A DNA stretch of 64,000 nucleotides from Phoronis australis (Eukaryota; Animalia; Phoronida): positions 1,274,982-1,338,981 of the forward strand of contig NMRA01000010.1 of NCBI GenBank assembly GCA_002633005.1, written 5' to 3'. The notes beneath the pieces are model-generated. The model made no database searches. It saw nothing but the letters and a program-made list of their open reading frames with translations, and was not told where the DNA came from. The translations under genes and the position numbers were made by a program. This document shows, in pieces, positions 26,200 through 39,411 of this stretch. The first letter of the stretch is position 1, and each line of letters begins with the position of its first letter.

Positions 26200-26790
26200 A
26201 CTCCTACATGTATAAACCTCCAAACGATCTACACTTGATTATTTGACAACGAGCCTGCAGAAGGGTTGCAGAAGCTCAAGAGGAATGGCTTTATACGTTC
26301 TTTGCCTTCTAGCAAAAAATACCATCTGTGCATCGTCAAATGGTCATACATCCGAATGACAAATTCGCCTGATAACTTCGTGTCATGGTCTTCAATGGTC
26401 GCAGCAACTCAACTTCATGAACACCCCTGAAATTTCGGGGTGCACATTCCATGTCTGCCAGGCCGACTTCTTCTCTTTTCCTTTGAAAGACGAAACGATA
26501 TCGCAGCCCGTAAAGGAGTGAAAGAACAGCACCCAGCGGATCTTTTCTGGACCAAGAGTCAAAACATAATTTTGCCCTGGAATTCGCTTGAGGTTGCGTC
26601 GTTGGCCAGAAGAAAGCCATAATTCCCGTAGTCCGATTTCGTGCAGTTGTGTGAAGGTACTGACAGGTATTATGAGAACATCTGCGTCATTGGCACTTAT
26701 CATGATTCTTCACAGCACGAAGGAAGATTCTTGTGTCTGCTTCCTCAGACTCGTTTCGGGATGACTGCTGAGGACATCAAGACCTTGAGT
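26200..26790 (-). mobile_element. Remnant of a repeat-associated PIN/FEN1-XPG-like nuclease ORF
   Basis: EEADTRIFL, NDADVLI, FHSFTGCDIVSSFKGKEKK (H3TH-like) and ARRQRTYKAIP across frameshifts. Confidence 0.7.
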
Positions 26791-27334
26791 GATGGCGTCA
26801 TGGTATTCCATGAGTAGCTCCGCTATTTTCTTAGCAATAATGATATTTATGACATAAATCCTATTATTTGGGCAAATAATATTATACAGCCCTTCATGCT
26901 TCATATCCAACTCCTAGTTAGTTCCTACCAAGTCCGATGGTAGCGCTGTTTGTTCTTTCTCTCCAGCTTCCTGTTGGCCCAGCCTCAAGCAACAGTACGT
27001 TCACTCGTAAGTTTTCCTAATTAGACAATTTTATACTTCTCCCACCCTCCCTACCCTGGGTACCACGACATCTCCACTCCAGCGATTCATACCTTTCCCA
27101 CACTATCTCCCTTTTGTCAAACAAAATCTGCTGTTGGTTATTGTTGTTTTTGCAATCCCTGCTGGTACCTTCTTCAGGCTCGGAGCGTGATACCGTCAGG
27201 CGAGAACCGACGTCATTAGCTAGCGACCCGACCTGTACTCGAGCATCCATCACTGCAGCTTGCTTCTCTCCATCCCGGTCACAGCTCTCGGCACATACTG
27301 AGCCACAAAACCACGTTCCTTACAATATCTTTTT

Positions 27335-27793
27335 TATCACTCTGGCTGGTCTGCTCACTCAGCTTGCCCAAGAACCCTGCTTTGCAGGTTGTTATAGCCC
27401 AGTTGGCTGTTTGGTGTACCCACTTGGTACTTTATATGATATTTGCCCATTTGGCAGTTTGTACGTACTTGGTACTTGTTATTGAATTTGCCATTTTGCT
27501 CGACCCAGTTGGTAGGCAATCGGCCAATACCCATTTGGTATTACATGTATGTACCCATTTGGTACTATGCTAACGTGTGCCACTTAGCATCCGATTCTCA
27601 ATTATACTTTGGGTATCGGAAATGTGTGTGTTATCTCTTGTAATTAAGGAACCCATCTGGTTCCTTCTGTGAAATATTTATTTGTAGAGCTGTGACCCTG
27701 AAATTCCCAATACAACTTAAAATATACATTATTCTTGTTATTTTGTTTGACCCCAATAAATTCAAACAGCCCAGTTTTGTTGGCAGAATGACA
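27335..27793 (+). mobile_element. Probable solo LTR with internal CCCA(T/G)TTGG repeats
   Basis: The termini TATCACTCTG ... CAGAATGACA form an imperfect TG..CA inverted pair, with AATAAA near the 3' end. No TSD seen. Confidence 0.45.
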
Positions 27794-28899
27794 GGGGAAT
27801 TAAGCTGCGTCAGTTTCGGGGCACCTTTCCAGTCCCTGTGGCCCGGCTTCTGGCTCCATGTCCACGTTTAGGCGTGTTTCTGATATCAAACTGGATTCTA
27901 AATAAACATCAAATGCAATGTTTGTTCTCTGATACTTCATGGCCCATACTTCAAGTTTTTGAACAAGTTCCAGCAGGGCATATGCTACAAATGTCTTCGA
28001 AGTTCTTGGAGGCAGCGCATTGACCAGAGCTGAGCAACTCGATCCCGTTTAAATTGTCTGCTCATGATTACGCCAGTCATAATCTCGGTTTTACAAACTA
28101 TCGCAACTTATGTGCAATTGGCACGCTGTGGTCATAGCACGTCCACCGTGCGTAGCATACTTACAAACACGATTCTCACTACCAAACATCTACAATCGTG
28201 TTAGGTACGTAAACGCGTTTCCCTAAGTACTTACATCGTCTATACTCAATTCACACACAGAACTGCACTGAGATATACATGTAGATGCTAACAATCTTTA
28301 CAAGAACAGAGATTCATCCGCCGTCTTGTCTCACTGAAACCGACCTATGTTCTAAAAATGATGTTCTAAAAATTGGTCTAACGACAGATGTGCGCGCTGA
28401 TGTCTGCGGTAACGTACTACTAGACACCTTGGAAAACATCATTTTCATTCTCCATTGTAAATAAGCCTTTTATAAAGTTTGCAAGTCTCGTTTAAAAGAC
28501 ATTGATAGCGTAATTAAAGCGCGAAACAGACACTTGCCGCCCCCCTGCGTAGTATTTGATGCGGAAAATGCGTGCGTCACTCGGAAATATTTCTGAGAAA
28601 TCTTGTTAACTTGTCACAAATCTTAAAGTAGATCTTCACATGTAATGAGGTTGTTTTCAATGAGATATCTAAAACAATTACACAACTCAAAAATATGTAT
28701 TTTTCAATTCTGAAGCAGTGAAAGACTTCCCTTTTAAAATAACATTCGAAATTGTAATTCGTATTTTAAGTCGCTGTCAAACTTTTCCTAAAGGCAAAAT
28801 TAGATTTATTACCTGGGTTTTCACTGTATCACAACTTGTGTCGGACAATTTCATCCCTGCGTAAAACGGTATGGAACACACGCGATCTCGCAGTTATCA

Positions 28900-29775
28900 T
28901 CCGAAGTCAAACCGAGCAGCTGAACGCTCTGTACAGATCGCTAAAGACATTTGATCAATTGGGAAGCAATAACGCAGTGACACGTAAACACATTTTGCAC
29001 AATTTCCTGTTTTCTTACAGGATTGCTCCTCAATCCTCAACAGGATGTTCACCATACGAGTTACTGTATCGTCATGCACCGAAAATCCGACTTTCGTTGT
29101 TGAAACCTGACCATACCACTCAAGGTAAACTGTATCAACAAACAGTTTTCTCAAACCCCAGTGTCTGGCGATAGGCAGTTTTGGAAGGGTGAGAAAGTGA
29201 TGTTAAAGAATACCCGTGGTATTGGTATTGTGAAATACATTCCTGTTGTTACTGTATGGAAGTTAAGCAGTTTTACCCATTTAGTAGGCCTACACGTGTT
29301 TGATCAAGCATTCGTTATTGCCACATTGACCATATTCTGAGAGGTTCGAGTAACCAAACATCAGATTACGTGATTGTGGATCGTTGTGATTGCTCTGATA
29401 ACATGATGAATCCTGATGTAGACAGTGCTCTGCCTGTGAAAATGAAATCATATGATTTGGAAAATCCGGTGAACCCACAATCTGTTCATCATTCTGAGCC
29501 AGAGAACTCAGTGTTCCAGTGTGTAACCTGCTGAGCTGTCTATGGCTTTATCTCGACCGAGGCGGAGTGTCCCTCTACTAACATAAAATTAGAGGAAATG
29601 TGACTTAAGTGTGATAAGGCATTTGCGTAGTTTAAGTTACTTAGATAGTTTTTTTTTGTAATTATACACCCGTTTCAGGAGACATTCGTGACACTTTAAA
29701 TGACATTTGTTGTAGATATTTTGCATTTAAATTTGGTTGAGACAGTAAACAGTGTATTTTTAAGAGAAAGGAGTC
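28900..29775 (+). mobile_element. Gypsy/Ty3 integrase C-terminal remnant with polypurine tract
   Basis: HNFLFSYRIAPQSSTGCSPYELLY...IRLSLLKP and GEKVMLKN; purine run aagagaaaggag at about 29762. Confidence 0.75.
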
Positions 29776-30857
29776 GCTCTGCATTAGTAGTTCAACGTCG
29801 TACATTAGATGGCGTTATAGTTTGTAGTTAGTACCGTAAGACATTCTGGGATTAAACACTGTTGCTGTCCGGGGATGAAATAGGAGACGGCTGGCGGAAA
29901 TTGGTGACCTGAAGGAGGAAGGGTAGCGATGAGAAAGGGATAATGAGCCGAAACTATTCAAGTAAAACCACAAGAGATAGCTTAAAGTTGAAAATGAGAG
30001 GAAAACACTTTGAAGGAGCATGCCACCCAAAAAACAACCTAATTTGTATCAATTTAGATCGAGTAGTTCTACTCCGTAACGACACGTACGGTTACGTTAC
30101 CTGACACCTGACGGCAGACGGAGGTGTTGAAATTATCCAATGACGTCATCGGTTTCACACGCAGTCTGTTCAGCAGTTCACAACACGGATTACTGGTGTC
30201 AGCTTATCGCTAAGTCATCGTTTAACACCCATAAATCATTAAACTTCGATGTAGAACCATTAAAAATGCACCGAGTTCTTATAAAAACGTGTTGTTTTAT
30301 TTCGCTCTTACGGATTTATTGGTATCTGGACACACCGTAGCCTACAAAATTCGGCAGGCCAATAAAGTCCGTAGGAGGAGTTTGGGGTCTGTTCGGAGAT
30401 AATTTCGAAGTATTTTCCGTGAGATACAGACAGGAGAGCCTAGATCTGTGTTGTGTAAACTTGTGATTTTTTTTAGTTCTAAACACAAAACGCGTGTTAT
30501 CTTGGCCAGTGGTTTGGAGCCCGATCAGGCCCCTCGCGGCCGCCCGGATTGACGACGTTATCCCGGCCAGTGGCTCGGAAACTGATCACGAACATAAACA
30601 AGCCAAAGTTCAGTGGAAACTAAACTTCCAGTGAAGAAAATACTATACTAGTGCGCCAAAGTAATGTGCACGTGATTATGTTGGTGAATTAGCCACGAAA
30701 CTGAAAATCTACTTACTCGTCGAGGGCCGCGAATTCAGGTTCCACTTTGGTCACAGCACCGTCAGGGCAGAAGTTGTACATTGACAATCATAGTGAGTAA
30801 TGTAATTGTAAATAAAGATTCCACTAACACCTGGCCGTGAGATGGCAATCGAGTTGC

Positions 30858-31065
30858 TTCACAACAGTTTCTGCCAGCAAACACTAGCATGAGCTCACAC
30901 GGCCTCGGTGTCCCGTCAGTTAGTTTTATTGCACCTAAAGCCGGTAACGCAGTGATTATTTCACAACAGTTTCTGCCAGCAAACACTAAATTAGCATGAG
31001 CTCACACGGCCTCGGTGTCCCGTCAATTAGTTTTATTGCACCTAAAGCCGGTAACGCACTGATTT
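30858..31065. repeat. ~102-bp tandem duplication
   Basis: ttcacaacagtttctgccagcaaacact...gcacctaaagccggtaacgca occurs twice. Confidence 0.93.
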
Positions 31066-31223
31066 ATTCATTGATGGCTTTTCAAATCGTTTGCACTTAC
31101 GAACACACCAAAAGCATTACAAATTGCATCTAATGAGACAGACTTTGTTTCAGTTTTATATAAGTATTGGTTGGGGTGAGAATAATTCATTTTGAAACAG
31201 AACGCTCAGTAATAAACGCCAAC

Positions 31224-31575
31224 ATGGCAACCGTCGCAATCCCGACTTAGGACAATCTAGAGCTCATCAGTCCCAACTTCGCAGGTGGATCGTTAAGATT
31301 TACAGGCTATCAATTCGAACAGGAATACAGTGATGGAGAAATACTAGAGACGCCGTGTACAAGCTCACACAGCGGAACGTATGGAGTTATTTGGTAAGCC
31401 GGCATTCGTCAGGCACTGTCGACGTCTGCAGGCCACAGACACGGAGATGTTTCACGGCCTCATACTTGCTATTTACAGCGTACTTTTCATTCTTCACTAC
31501 CATGAACCACTTCCTAAGCATTTCGGACTCTCGGGTGGCATCCTCCTTAAACAGTATGCAGCAAATCAAAAATGG
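31224..31575. mobile_element. Kolobok-like remnant: KolX N-terminus (+) facing a THAP remnant (-)
   Basis: + strand GYQFEQEYSDGE; - strand FKEDATRESEMLRKWFMVVKN...HLRVCGL. Confidence 0.55.
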
Positions 31576-32734
31576 TTTCTGGCTGGAAATATAACTTAAA
31601 ATATTTCTTCCTGCTTCATTTTATCTCACAGTATGTAATATAATTTTAGCGCTCAGATATCAGGACATGAAACACCTAGAGTCTTTTATGAAAAAATACC
31701 CATCGTAAGAATAGAGAGGCAGAAACCAGGATTGGAATCAAGCGAATCCCCTCTTGAAATATAAAATGCATCAAACTGAATCGAGGAGGAGTCCCGCAGT
31801 TCTAAGTTGTGATTCTGTGTACTTGCACCATCAAATATTTCTACAACAATGTCAAACATACATCAGATGTTTGCCTTGGATCATCTCCACCACAGTTTGA
31901 AACTGGAAAGACTCTAAGCGTTGTTGGGCCCACTTGAAGCAGTTGATGCAATATGCAACATGGTGACAAGCGTATATCCGCAGAAACGTCAAATGATGTC
32001 TTAAACCTCAGTGGCCTTCATGTACATGGGTGTAATGGAGAATCAGACTCCTTTTAGAAATAGGTACTAGGGTCGGATCCAGGATTCNGGGATTTTTAGT
32101 TGGTGGGGGGGCATGGCAGAGTATTAGCCAGGATTCTGCCCGTCAGACATTCGCATCCCCGAACTGCCAATTGGAATCTGGGAGAGTTTTAGGGGGAGCA
32201 TGGCCCTCTTGCCCCCACTCTAAATCCGCCACTAGTTGCATTCACTAGCGAAACTGATAGCAGTATTCATATATATCATGTGCACACGCAGATGCATCCG
32301 ACAACGTCACAAGCAACAGTAACGTTGAGACATTGTGCCACGACCGTGAGGAGTCTCACTTTTCATTAAAGGCGTCAGATCCAGTTAATCTCAATAGTCA
32401 GTGCTGAAAAGATTTTGAAAATGAAGCCGGGAGAAACACTCCTGTGTTCCTGAAAGATGATTGGACAAAAACATTGTTACTGCTCCGACGTGCCCTATAT
32501 AGAAAAAAATGGTTATCATACTCTTTCACCACGGAATCTTTGTTTTGTATTTCTTGCTTGCTACGCGCATACGTGAAGCTATAATGATTATATGCTTTTG
32601 CATGGCGAGCAACTCTCGAATCTCAATTTCCTTGCTAGAAAATTGATTTACGATAGCACACAATCTACTGTTGTGAAGATTCAGACAATCCTTGGAGTAC
32701 AGCTGGACAACAATAGGATTTAGTAAGGGGTCTC

Positions 32735-33937
32735 GCCGTATTGAGTTGGAATGCTCACGGTCTAGGTAATAAAAATGTTCGTGATGATGTTAAGAATTAC
32801 TTTTTAAAATATATTATTTCTGTAAACGAAACCTGGACAAAACATTAATTAGTTTACCTTGCTAGGATGTAGAAGTTTTGCAATTTGTAATAAAAAACAA
32901 GATATTTGAGAGACATCCAGCAGGTGGTTGTGTATTTCTCAAAGATAATGCAGTTCATTTCTTCTGTAGAATTAAGCCGAAATGTGTACTCGGAGTTTTA
33001 TTGAAATGCGACAAGGATCTGTAATACTAAGGAAGACGTTATTACAGCCCTCAACTAGGCGCATGCGTTTTTCGCAAGATTTTTTACTCAAAGGTCTCTC
33101 ATGTAGGCGCATGCGCCTAAGTACTGCAATTAGACGCAGGCGGTACTCCTGCTATAAGCGCACCTTGAATGCTTGATTCTAAAAATACACTCAATGCATT
33201 TTATTTCAGTGTGTGGCGGTAGTGACTCCAGGTGAGTACAGGAACAGTTTTAAAAGCGTGCATTTTTAGAATTTAAAAATTCTAAAAATTCACGCTTTTA
33301 AAACTTATTAACGAACTAAAGCACGACTTACGAAGTAAATAACACTTTATCCATTTCCTCATCTAAAAAAATACTTAACTGCTACGTTTTAATTGCAATA
33401 GTCGTGATTGTTAAACCCGACTGTCTACTACCGTGGTATTGGCTTTCACGCGTTGTCCGCAGACTTGTTATTTTTCTGCCAAGACGAACAAGCAATACAG
33501 GTTCTTCGGTAGTATATCATTAGAAAGAATTTACACTGTAACTGACTTGCAAACTATGAGTGTTTTTTTACACATTGAATATGCGCCTGTATCTGGAGCA
33601 CCATAATCAACGCACGTTCTACTCAAATATCCAGCATATAGGCGCATGCGCCTAATTGAGGGGCTAAACGTTTGTGCATTGTTTATATTGCACCCGAGGG
33701 ATATTCGAGCTATGCCAGTCTTTGTTTTCGTTCAAAGAATTGCTGAGATTATCTGATGATTTTAATGGCTGTAATTTGTTTGTAATGGGTGATGTAACTG
33801 CCAGGACTGGAAAACTGGATGGTTATATTTTGGATGACAATGTAGTTTATTTACCATGTGAAGATTGGTATGCCTCGGATTATTTTTGCTCAGAGAGAAA
33901 AAACCTAGATGAGATTGTTAGCAACGTTGGTCAATCA
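32735..33937 (+). mobile_element. LINE (CR1/L2-like) APE endonuclease remnant, interrupted by a MITE
   Basis: SWNAHGL, ISVNETW, GGCVFLK, CIVYIAPE, LFVMGDVTARTG. Confidence 0.75.
33045..33666. mobile_element. MITE with GCGCATGCG-containing TIRs nested in the LINE remnant
   Basis: cagccctcaactaggcgcatgcg ... cgcatgcgcctaattgaggggct. LINE-like coding sequence resumes after it. Confidence 0.8.
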
Positions 33938-33941
33938 TTAA

Positions 33942-35000
33942 AGGCGAAGGCAACCTTTTTCCATGTCATTTTGAGCTAAAATAAGGTTGGTTGTATATCC
34001 TAGACATATTTTCCACTTAATTACATCTTTTCGTAATTTTAAAAAAATACTCGTCCGCTACTCCGGAAGTGACGTTTTAGGAGGCAAGCGTTTCCCGCCA
34101 CTTGGTTTTGCGTTGACTTTACCGTGCGAATCTGTTCTATTCTACTTTTGTTTTGTGCTGTTTTTCAACAATTGTCGCCACCACTTTCCATCGGTGAGTA
34201 TTCTGCGGCAAGATAAGTTAGTAGAGAACTCAACTACGTTGGATTTAGGGATTGTTTAGTGTGTTGTAAGCTGAAAATGGCTGGAGTCGGTGACCCGCAC
34301 AGTGACAGTAGTGTGAGTGACGGAGACCTTGTTCACAGCAGTGGTGACGAGGAATTTTTTCACGGACATTCAGTGGGTGGGTACATGTTTGAGCCCGAGT
34401 ATAACGAGGCAGAGTACGCACAGGCACAGGCAGCTGTTGAGAGAAACGAGGCAGCTACTGACTGGACAGACGTGGTGACACATCTTGGTGCAAATGCACT
34501 GTGTGCGTTGTTATGCCTACCTCAATGGAATGCTTGTGCTGTTCAGAGTTCGACGAGGCCAAGCCACTACTGGACATGGTTAAGTGGACCTCCGGCATAC
34601 CACGGACAGAGGAAAAACTGTCCCACTTGCCAGAGTGTCCCGCGACACGTCACTCCCACTGAATGGTGACCTGAGCACCCAAATTGCTTACACCGTGTCG
34701 TGTTACTCCCTCGCCACACACCTGGCACCTTCTAAATAGCTCCAACACTTTAGACAAGTCCACAATAAACTTATCAAAGTTTGGCTCACCGATCTCTTCA
34801 CCGGACGACGAACTGTCCTCTTCACTGGGTGACGAACTCCCATTACTCAATATCGCTGCAGGGCTGCTTAGAGGCTGTGGGCTGGAGAAAACAGCACAGG
34901 GCGAATCACTACTGGTTTCAGGAATTGCACGCTCTGGGGTACGTTCGGAGGCAGATCTAGCGTAAACAACGACCGATATCAAGGAGGCCGCAGAAATAGA
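33942..35000. mobile_element. Internally deleted Kolobok element (KolX + / transposase N-terminus -), right end not defined
   Basis: TTAA|AGGCGAAGGCAACC. + strand GYMFEPEY and, after a frameshift, WCKCTVCVVMPTSMECLCCSE; - strand DKFIVDLSKVLELFRRCQVCG. Homologous to 58913..60373. Confidence 0.8.
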
Positions 35001-35899
35001 CAAGAATGAGTTTGCGTGGGTGGAATGTACGATTGTGTTGGGATGGACTACAAGGTAGACAGGCTTTCGTCACTGAAATGAGTTGTTTGTGCTGACATGT
35101 AACGAAGATGTTATCTATGTTGGTTCAGAACATGTCATTGCTCGTGGCAATTGTTGTTTCTTGTGTTCATGTAGGTACACATTCACCGCTAATCTTGCAT
35201 ATGACGTAGAGTTATAAGAAAAAAGCCATTATTTCCACCAGCCGGTTTTTTCAAATAAAAACACTCTCCGGGAGCTCTTTTGTACATTTCGAACTAAAAG
35301 TAAGTGTTGTCAAACTAAATAACTTTAAGGCCTAATTTAAACAGATGAATAATGTAACCTGAGAAAATTTTGTTAAAATCGCTTACGTCCATTTTAGGAA
35401 CGATGAAACGCAGTTATGCATTTACTTAATACCTTATTAACGAAATTTGATCACCCTCTTGCACGCTACTAACGCTGCAAATGACAGTCAAATCGTATAA
35501 CCGGATTTGAACATACATGACTTTTAGGTCGCACTGATAATCACGCACACGCACAACAACGTACAGGCGAGTAGTTGAGGAATCTCCTTCGAACTCCAAA
35601 AATGATCCCAGCTACCTTTGCGCAAATTAGCATGGCGGCCATCAACAAAGAGGCATATTGGGAGTGGGCCCCGCAACTGATTCATTGCTGTCTGTATCTG
35701 CACTGCCATGTGGTGGTGCAATTGATCTGGTATTAGAATAGAAATAGCGCGTGTTAACGTTTAGCAGTTGCTGGGTACAGCAACCACAACTCGAGGTCTA
35801 TGGCTAACCATTGTGAGATGAGTCACGAGCCTAGCGGTAGCAGTTTTATACAACGCTCTCCAACAACCTTGATTTGGAATTTAGGGGCCTCAAGCCTGA

Positions 35900-36300
35900 C
35901 ATCTTGGATATATCTGAGGACGTCGGTCCCTCGCTGGGGAAGGTGCTTTATGAATATGAACGAAAAACTAAGGAAAGCATCCGTCCATTTTCGAAATCAT
36001 GCTTTTCTTGGTTTTGGTTTGTCCTGTGAACCTAGTTGGCTATATTGTAACTTGACGCAGAGGGTATTGAGGTCGATGTGACGCTAATAACTTCAGACCT
36101 TTATGATGAATTGGCGTCGTGAAAAAGAAGTGAAGCCTGTTATTATCTAGCTCAGACAGTTTCTTGAAAGCGTTTTTTGTAAAACCACAAGTCAAAAAAT
36201 ACCTGTGGCCTTGGGCGATTTTGTTCACGGTAATTACAGAGAACTACATGCCTGTACGTCATCCCCGCATTTTTCAGATATCCCTTCCCTGTACATCTAT
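35900..36300 (-). mobile_element. Possible P-element/THAP9-like transposase C-terminal remnant
   Basis: GHRYFLTCGFTKNAFKKL...TPIHHKGLKLL loosely resembles the YxLTxxFxQDxxE region. Very degenerate. Confidence 0.3.
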
Positions 36301-39300
36301 GGTGAGATTTTTTGGGATATTTTTAATCCAGGACTTATTCAAGATCAGCGTTTATTTAAGACCGGACTCTTTTTCAAAAAATCCAGTTTTGCAGACAAGG
36401 CGCTTTCCTACCGTCAACAGGAATGCGGTAGATCTCAAACGACAAAAGCCGGTTTGCTGCGATTTTCTCGCCTTCACATGATCGTTATTAAAACAACCAC
36501 ATGTGATTTTAACGCATATAGTCCCCAGAAAATCGTCCTGTTTTGGCCTACTTCAGATCATGGTATCTCAGAAATGGCTGATTGGATTCACGCATGAATC
36601 TTTCAGATAGTGCACAGTTATACACTCGTCTCCCACTATTGAGGATTGCTTTTAAAATGTTTCACTTTTGCATTAGAGGATATCAAAACAGGACGTACAG
36701 GATGTTGCACAGAAAAAAAATACGAAACCGTAATTTACAAAAATTGTATCAGTGTTTTTGAGGTTTTATCTTCAACGTTTACATCCTACGAAATTTGGTC
36801 ATGCTATCGGTCGTGTTATTTAGTTACATGTATGATCGTATTATTCTTTTTTGCTAAATTTTCCTAAAAAGCAAGATCACATATCCCAATTTGTGGCTAA
36901 TTGGTATATGGTCAAACTTAAAATTTCTAATTCTACGGAATTTCTAATGTCAGCAAAAATATACTTTGCCGAGTTAAATTCTATGGTTTTATACACATTT
37001 GACTGAATGTGCAGACCTTACGACAAGGTCGTACGTACACTGTAAGACTAGCTTACTATTTCAAATTGTCTGGTGACTTACACTTATTCAACAGTAGATG
37101 TACATGTACGTTCAAAACTGTTAAAATCACTATGCACCATGTCGCTTGATGGATAGGTTAGTTGGTCGAGTTCTTCTGCATTCTTGTACGGATCATTTTT
37201 TTAAATCTCTTTGTTGACAAAAATGTACAATGAAAGAAAGTGCGTTTTGTCCCCGACAACTCTTGTGTAACGAACTGAACTGCTTCTTGAAAGTTTGATT
37301 TACGACGAGATTACTCAAGGTAAATTAGATTTTCACAGAATTAGCCAGTGCGACATACCGGAATAATAGTCGTTTCAGGCATTTTCCGAAAACATACACA
37401 ATAGGTTTGATTCAGAATATAGGTGGTACATGATAACACGGTATTTTTTTCGACAGACGTGTATCGTATGCAAAGTTAATCAGGGCCCTCAAATCTCCGG
37501 ATAACAACCCCAATTGTTGAGTGGGCGGGATTTATGATCTAAAAAGACTCAAACAAGGAAGATTTCTTTGTCAACCAGTCCTTGAATAAACATCCCTCTG
37601 CTAACCGTGAGTACAGATTAGGCCGCATATTCAGGCTTGAGAGGGACCCTCATGCCACGTGTACTACCAAAATGGCATGTTGACTTAACCTGCCAAAGCT
37701 ATGTCATCTGCTTAGAGCAGTAACATGGGGCAAAACGCACTCTTATGCAACAAATTTAAAATATCAACCATTCCCTCTCTAACACAATTAAATTGGCATT
37801 CGTACATACCTGACAGCCCAGTACATCTTCGCAATAAATTAAACATTAAGTAACGGATATTATTCTGCACATAAAAATAAGAAAATAGAACTTTAACTTT
37901 CTTGTCCCATGCTTGAGGAAAACGCCTTTGTTCATGAAACAAATTGTTCTAATGGGCGTCATGCTAAATTTTTACATAGATTTGTTGCTAATCAGTTTTA
38001 CTCGAGAAAGTAATTTAAAGTGTTGCCAAATATTCATAGCCATATCCAAGAGGAGTGTTTCAACAATCCCCGAGACCCATTCGCCTAAGTCGAGTTCCAT
38101 AGTGTGCCACCTTTACTATCTCGGATCCGCCTCTGGGGTTAAGCTGCACAATATACATGTATGTGGGCAATGACAGACAAACAAATCAGGGCTGTATTCA
38201 AGGCAATGTAAAGTTTTATAACTAATCAAGATTAATCGTGTTTAAAAATCATGGCGAAAGTAGTCAAAACAAGTGTACAGTGCTTTCGCGTCCATCCCCG
38301 CTGGAAAAGCAATTAAATTGATACTGAAACCTGAATTCCCAGAACATGAACATCTGACAGGGCGTTCTAAGTTAGGAACCTGCCACAAGGTGAGTTCTCA
38401 TGCCTTCTCGAAAACGGCACAAAAACAGAATGCAAACCGATTACCCATGTTGCACACTCTAAGAAGAGTGGGCGGTATCGTATACTTTACCTCTAGGCCA
38501 CCGTCCTCTGTAAAGTAAATACAAAACATCACAAAATGATACAACAATGTATAGAGCTTTCAAAATTTATAGTCAACATCCTGGGCCTCCAAACGTTCCT
38601 TACCTCGATATTGTAAAAGAAAATCTAAAAGATTTTCCATCACGAATATTCAAAACGAAGACCATAGTATAGAAAGTGAAGTTTCTTTTCAATCCATCAC
38701 ACACAGTTCACAGTACCGAAATTCTCTTTCCACTGACAACTCTTTACCGTTTCCTGTCATAAGATCATGAGCCGATAACCTAAACTGTGCCAAATTTACT
38801 CTGTGTGCTTTCATTTCAATAGTGTTTGAGGGACGTTTCAAGCCGGCTTCCGCACGTCCTTAACCACCAACACCGCGTAAGAAACATTACTACGCGGTTT
38901 ATGCATATATATGATCTAGTTTCACTGACCACTGTACACTTACTTGTTTACAGTCACTAGATTCGAAAAAGTGAATAGTTTGCAAAGTGATTTAAAATTA
39001 ACGTGCATTCAATAATACAACCGCTCCCCCCAACAAATCCCAACTTTTCACACAACGTTTGTCGTAAACAGAGCTGAATGTATAGAATCAAATGAGAAGT
39101 GAGCTCAACTGCGTTTTCACATAACAAATATTACTATATCGTAGACGATGCATCACTCTATTGAGCTTTTTCAACAACGTTTTATTTGTCAAAATGAAAT
39201 ATATCTTGGTCTGGCATCAAAATCGCGACACTGTCGCTCCAACAAATTCCTTTCAATACTTATCAGCGTACGTAGTTGGGTGTTACTTGCATGCATTTTC

Positions 39301-39388
39301 CCGGGCCCTATTCATATACTTCCTTCAGTGTTTCAGGGAATCATTTGCAAACAATTCGTTCACGAGAAGAGACGTTTTGTGCTGTATA

Positions 39389-39411
39389 ATGAGGTGTCTG
39401 TCGCTTGTTGG
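39389..39411 (+). CDS. Peroxidase exon 1 (start codon, MRCLSLVG)
   Basis: ATG...GG|gtgagt donor. Phase 2 joins exon 2 to give the signal peptide [21 protein letters not shown]. Confidence 0.6.

Noticed and set aside
26960-27035. - strand KLSN*ENLRVNVLLLEAGP resembles the GMC oxidoreductase N-terminal motif
   Set aside because: It contains a stop, has no GxGxxG upstream and no further GMC exons, and lies among retroelement debris. Probably chance.
27360-27660. Short spaced repeats that look superficially like a CRISPR array
   Set aside because: The repeats are degenerate 9-11-mers with irregular spacing in eukaryotic DNA with no cas genes. They fit LTR-internal repeats better.
32068-32110. 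Apparent doubled MITE start around the single N at 32088
   Set aside because: Probably a contig join or assembly artefact. Adjacency across this point should be treated with caution.
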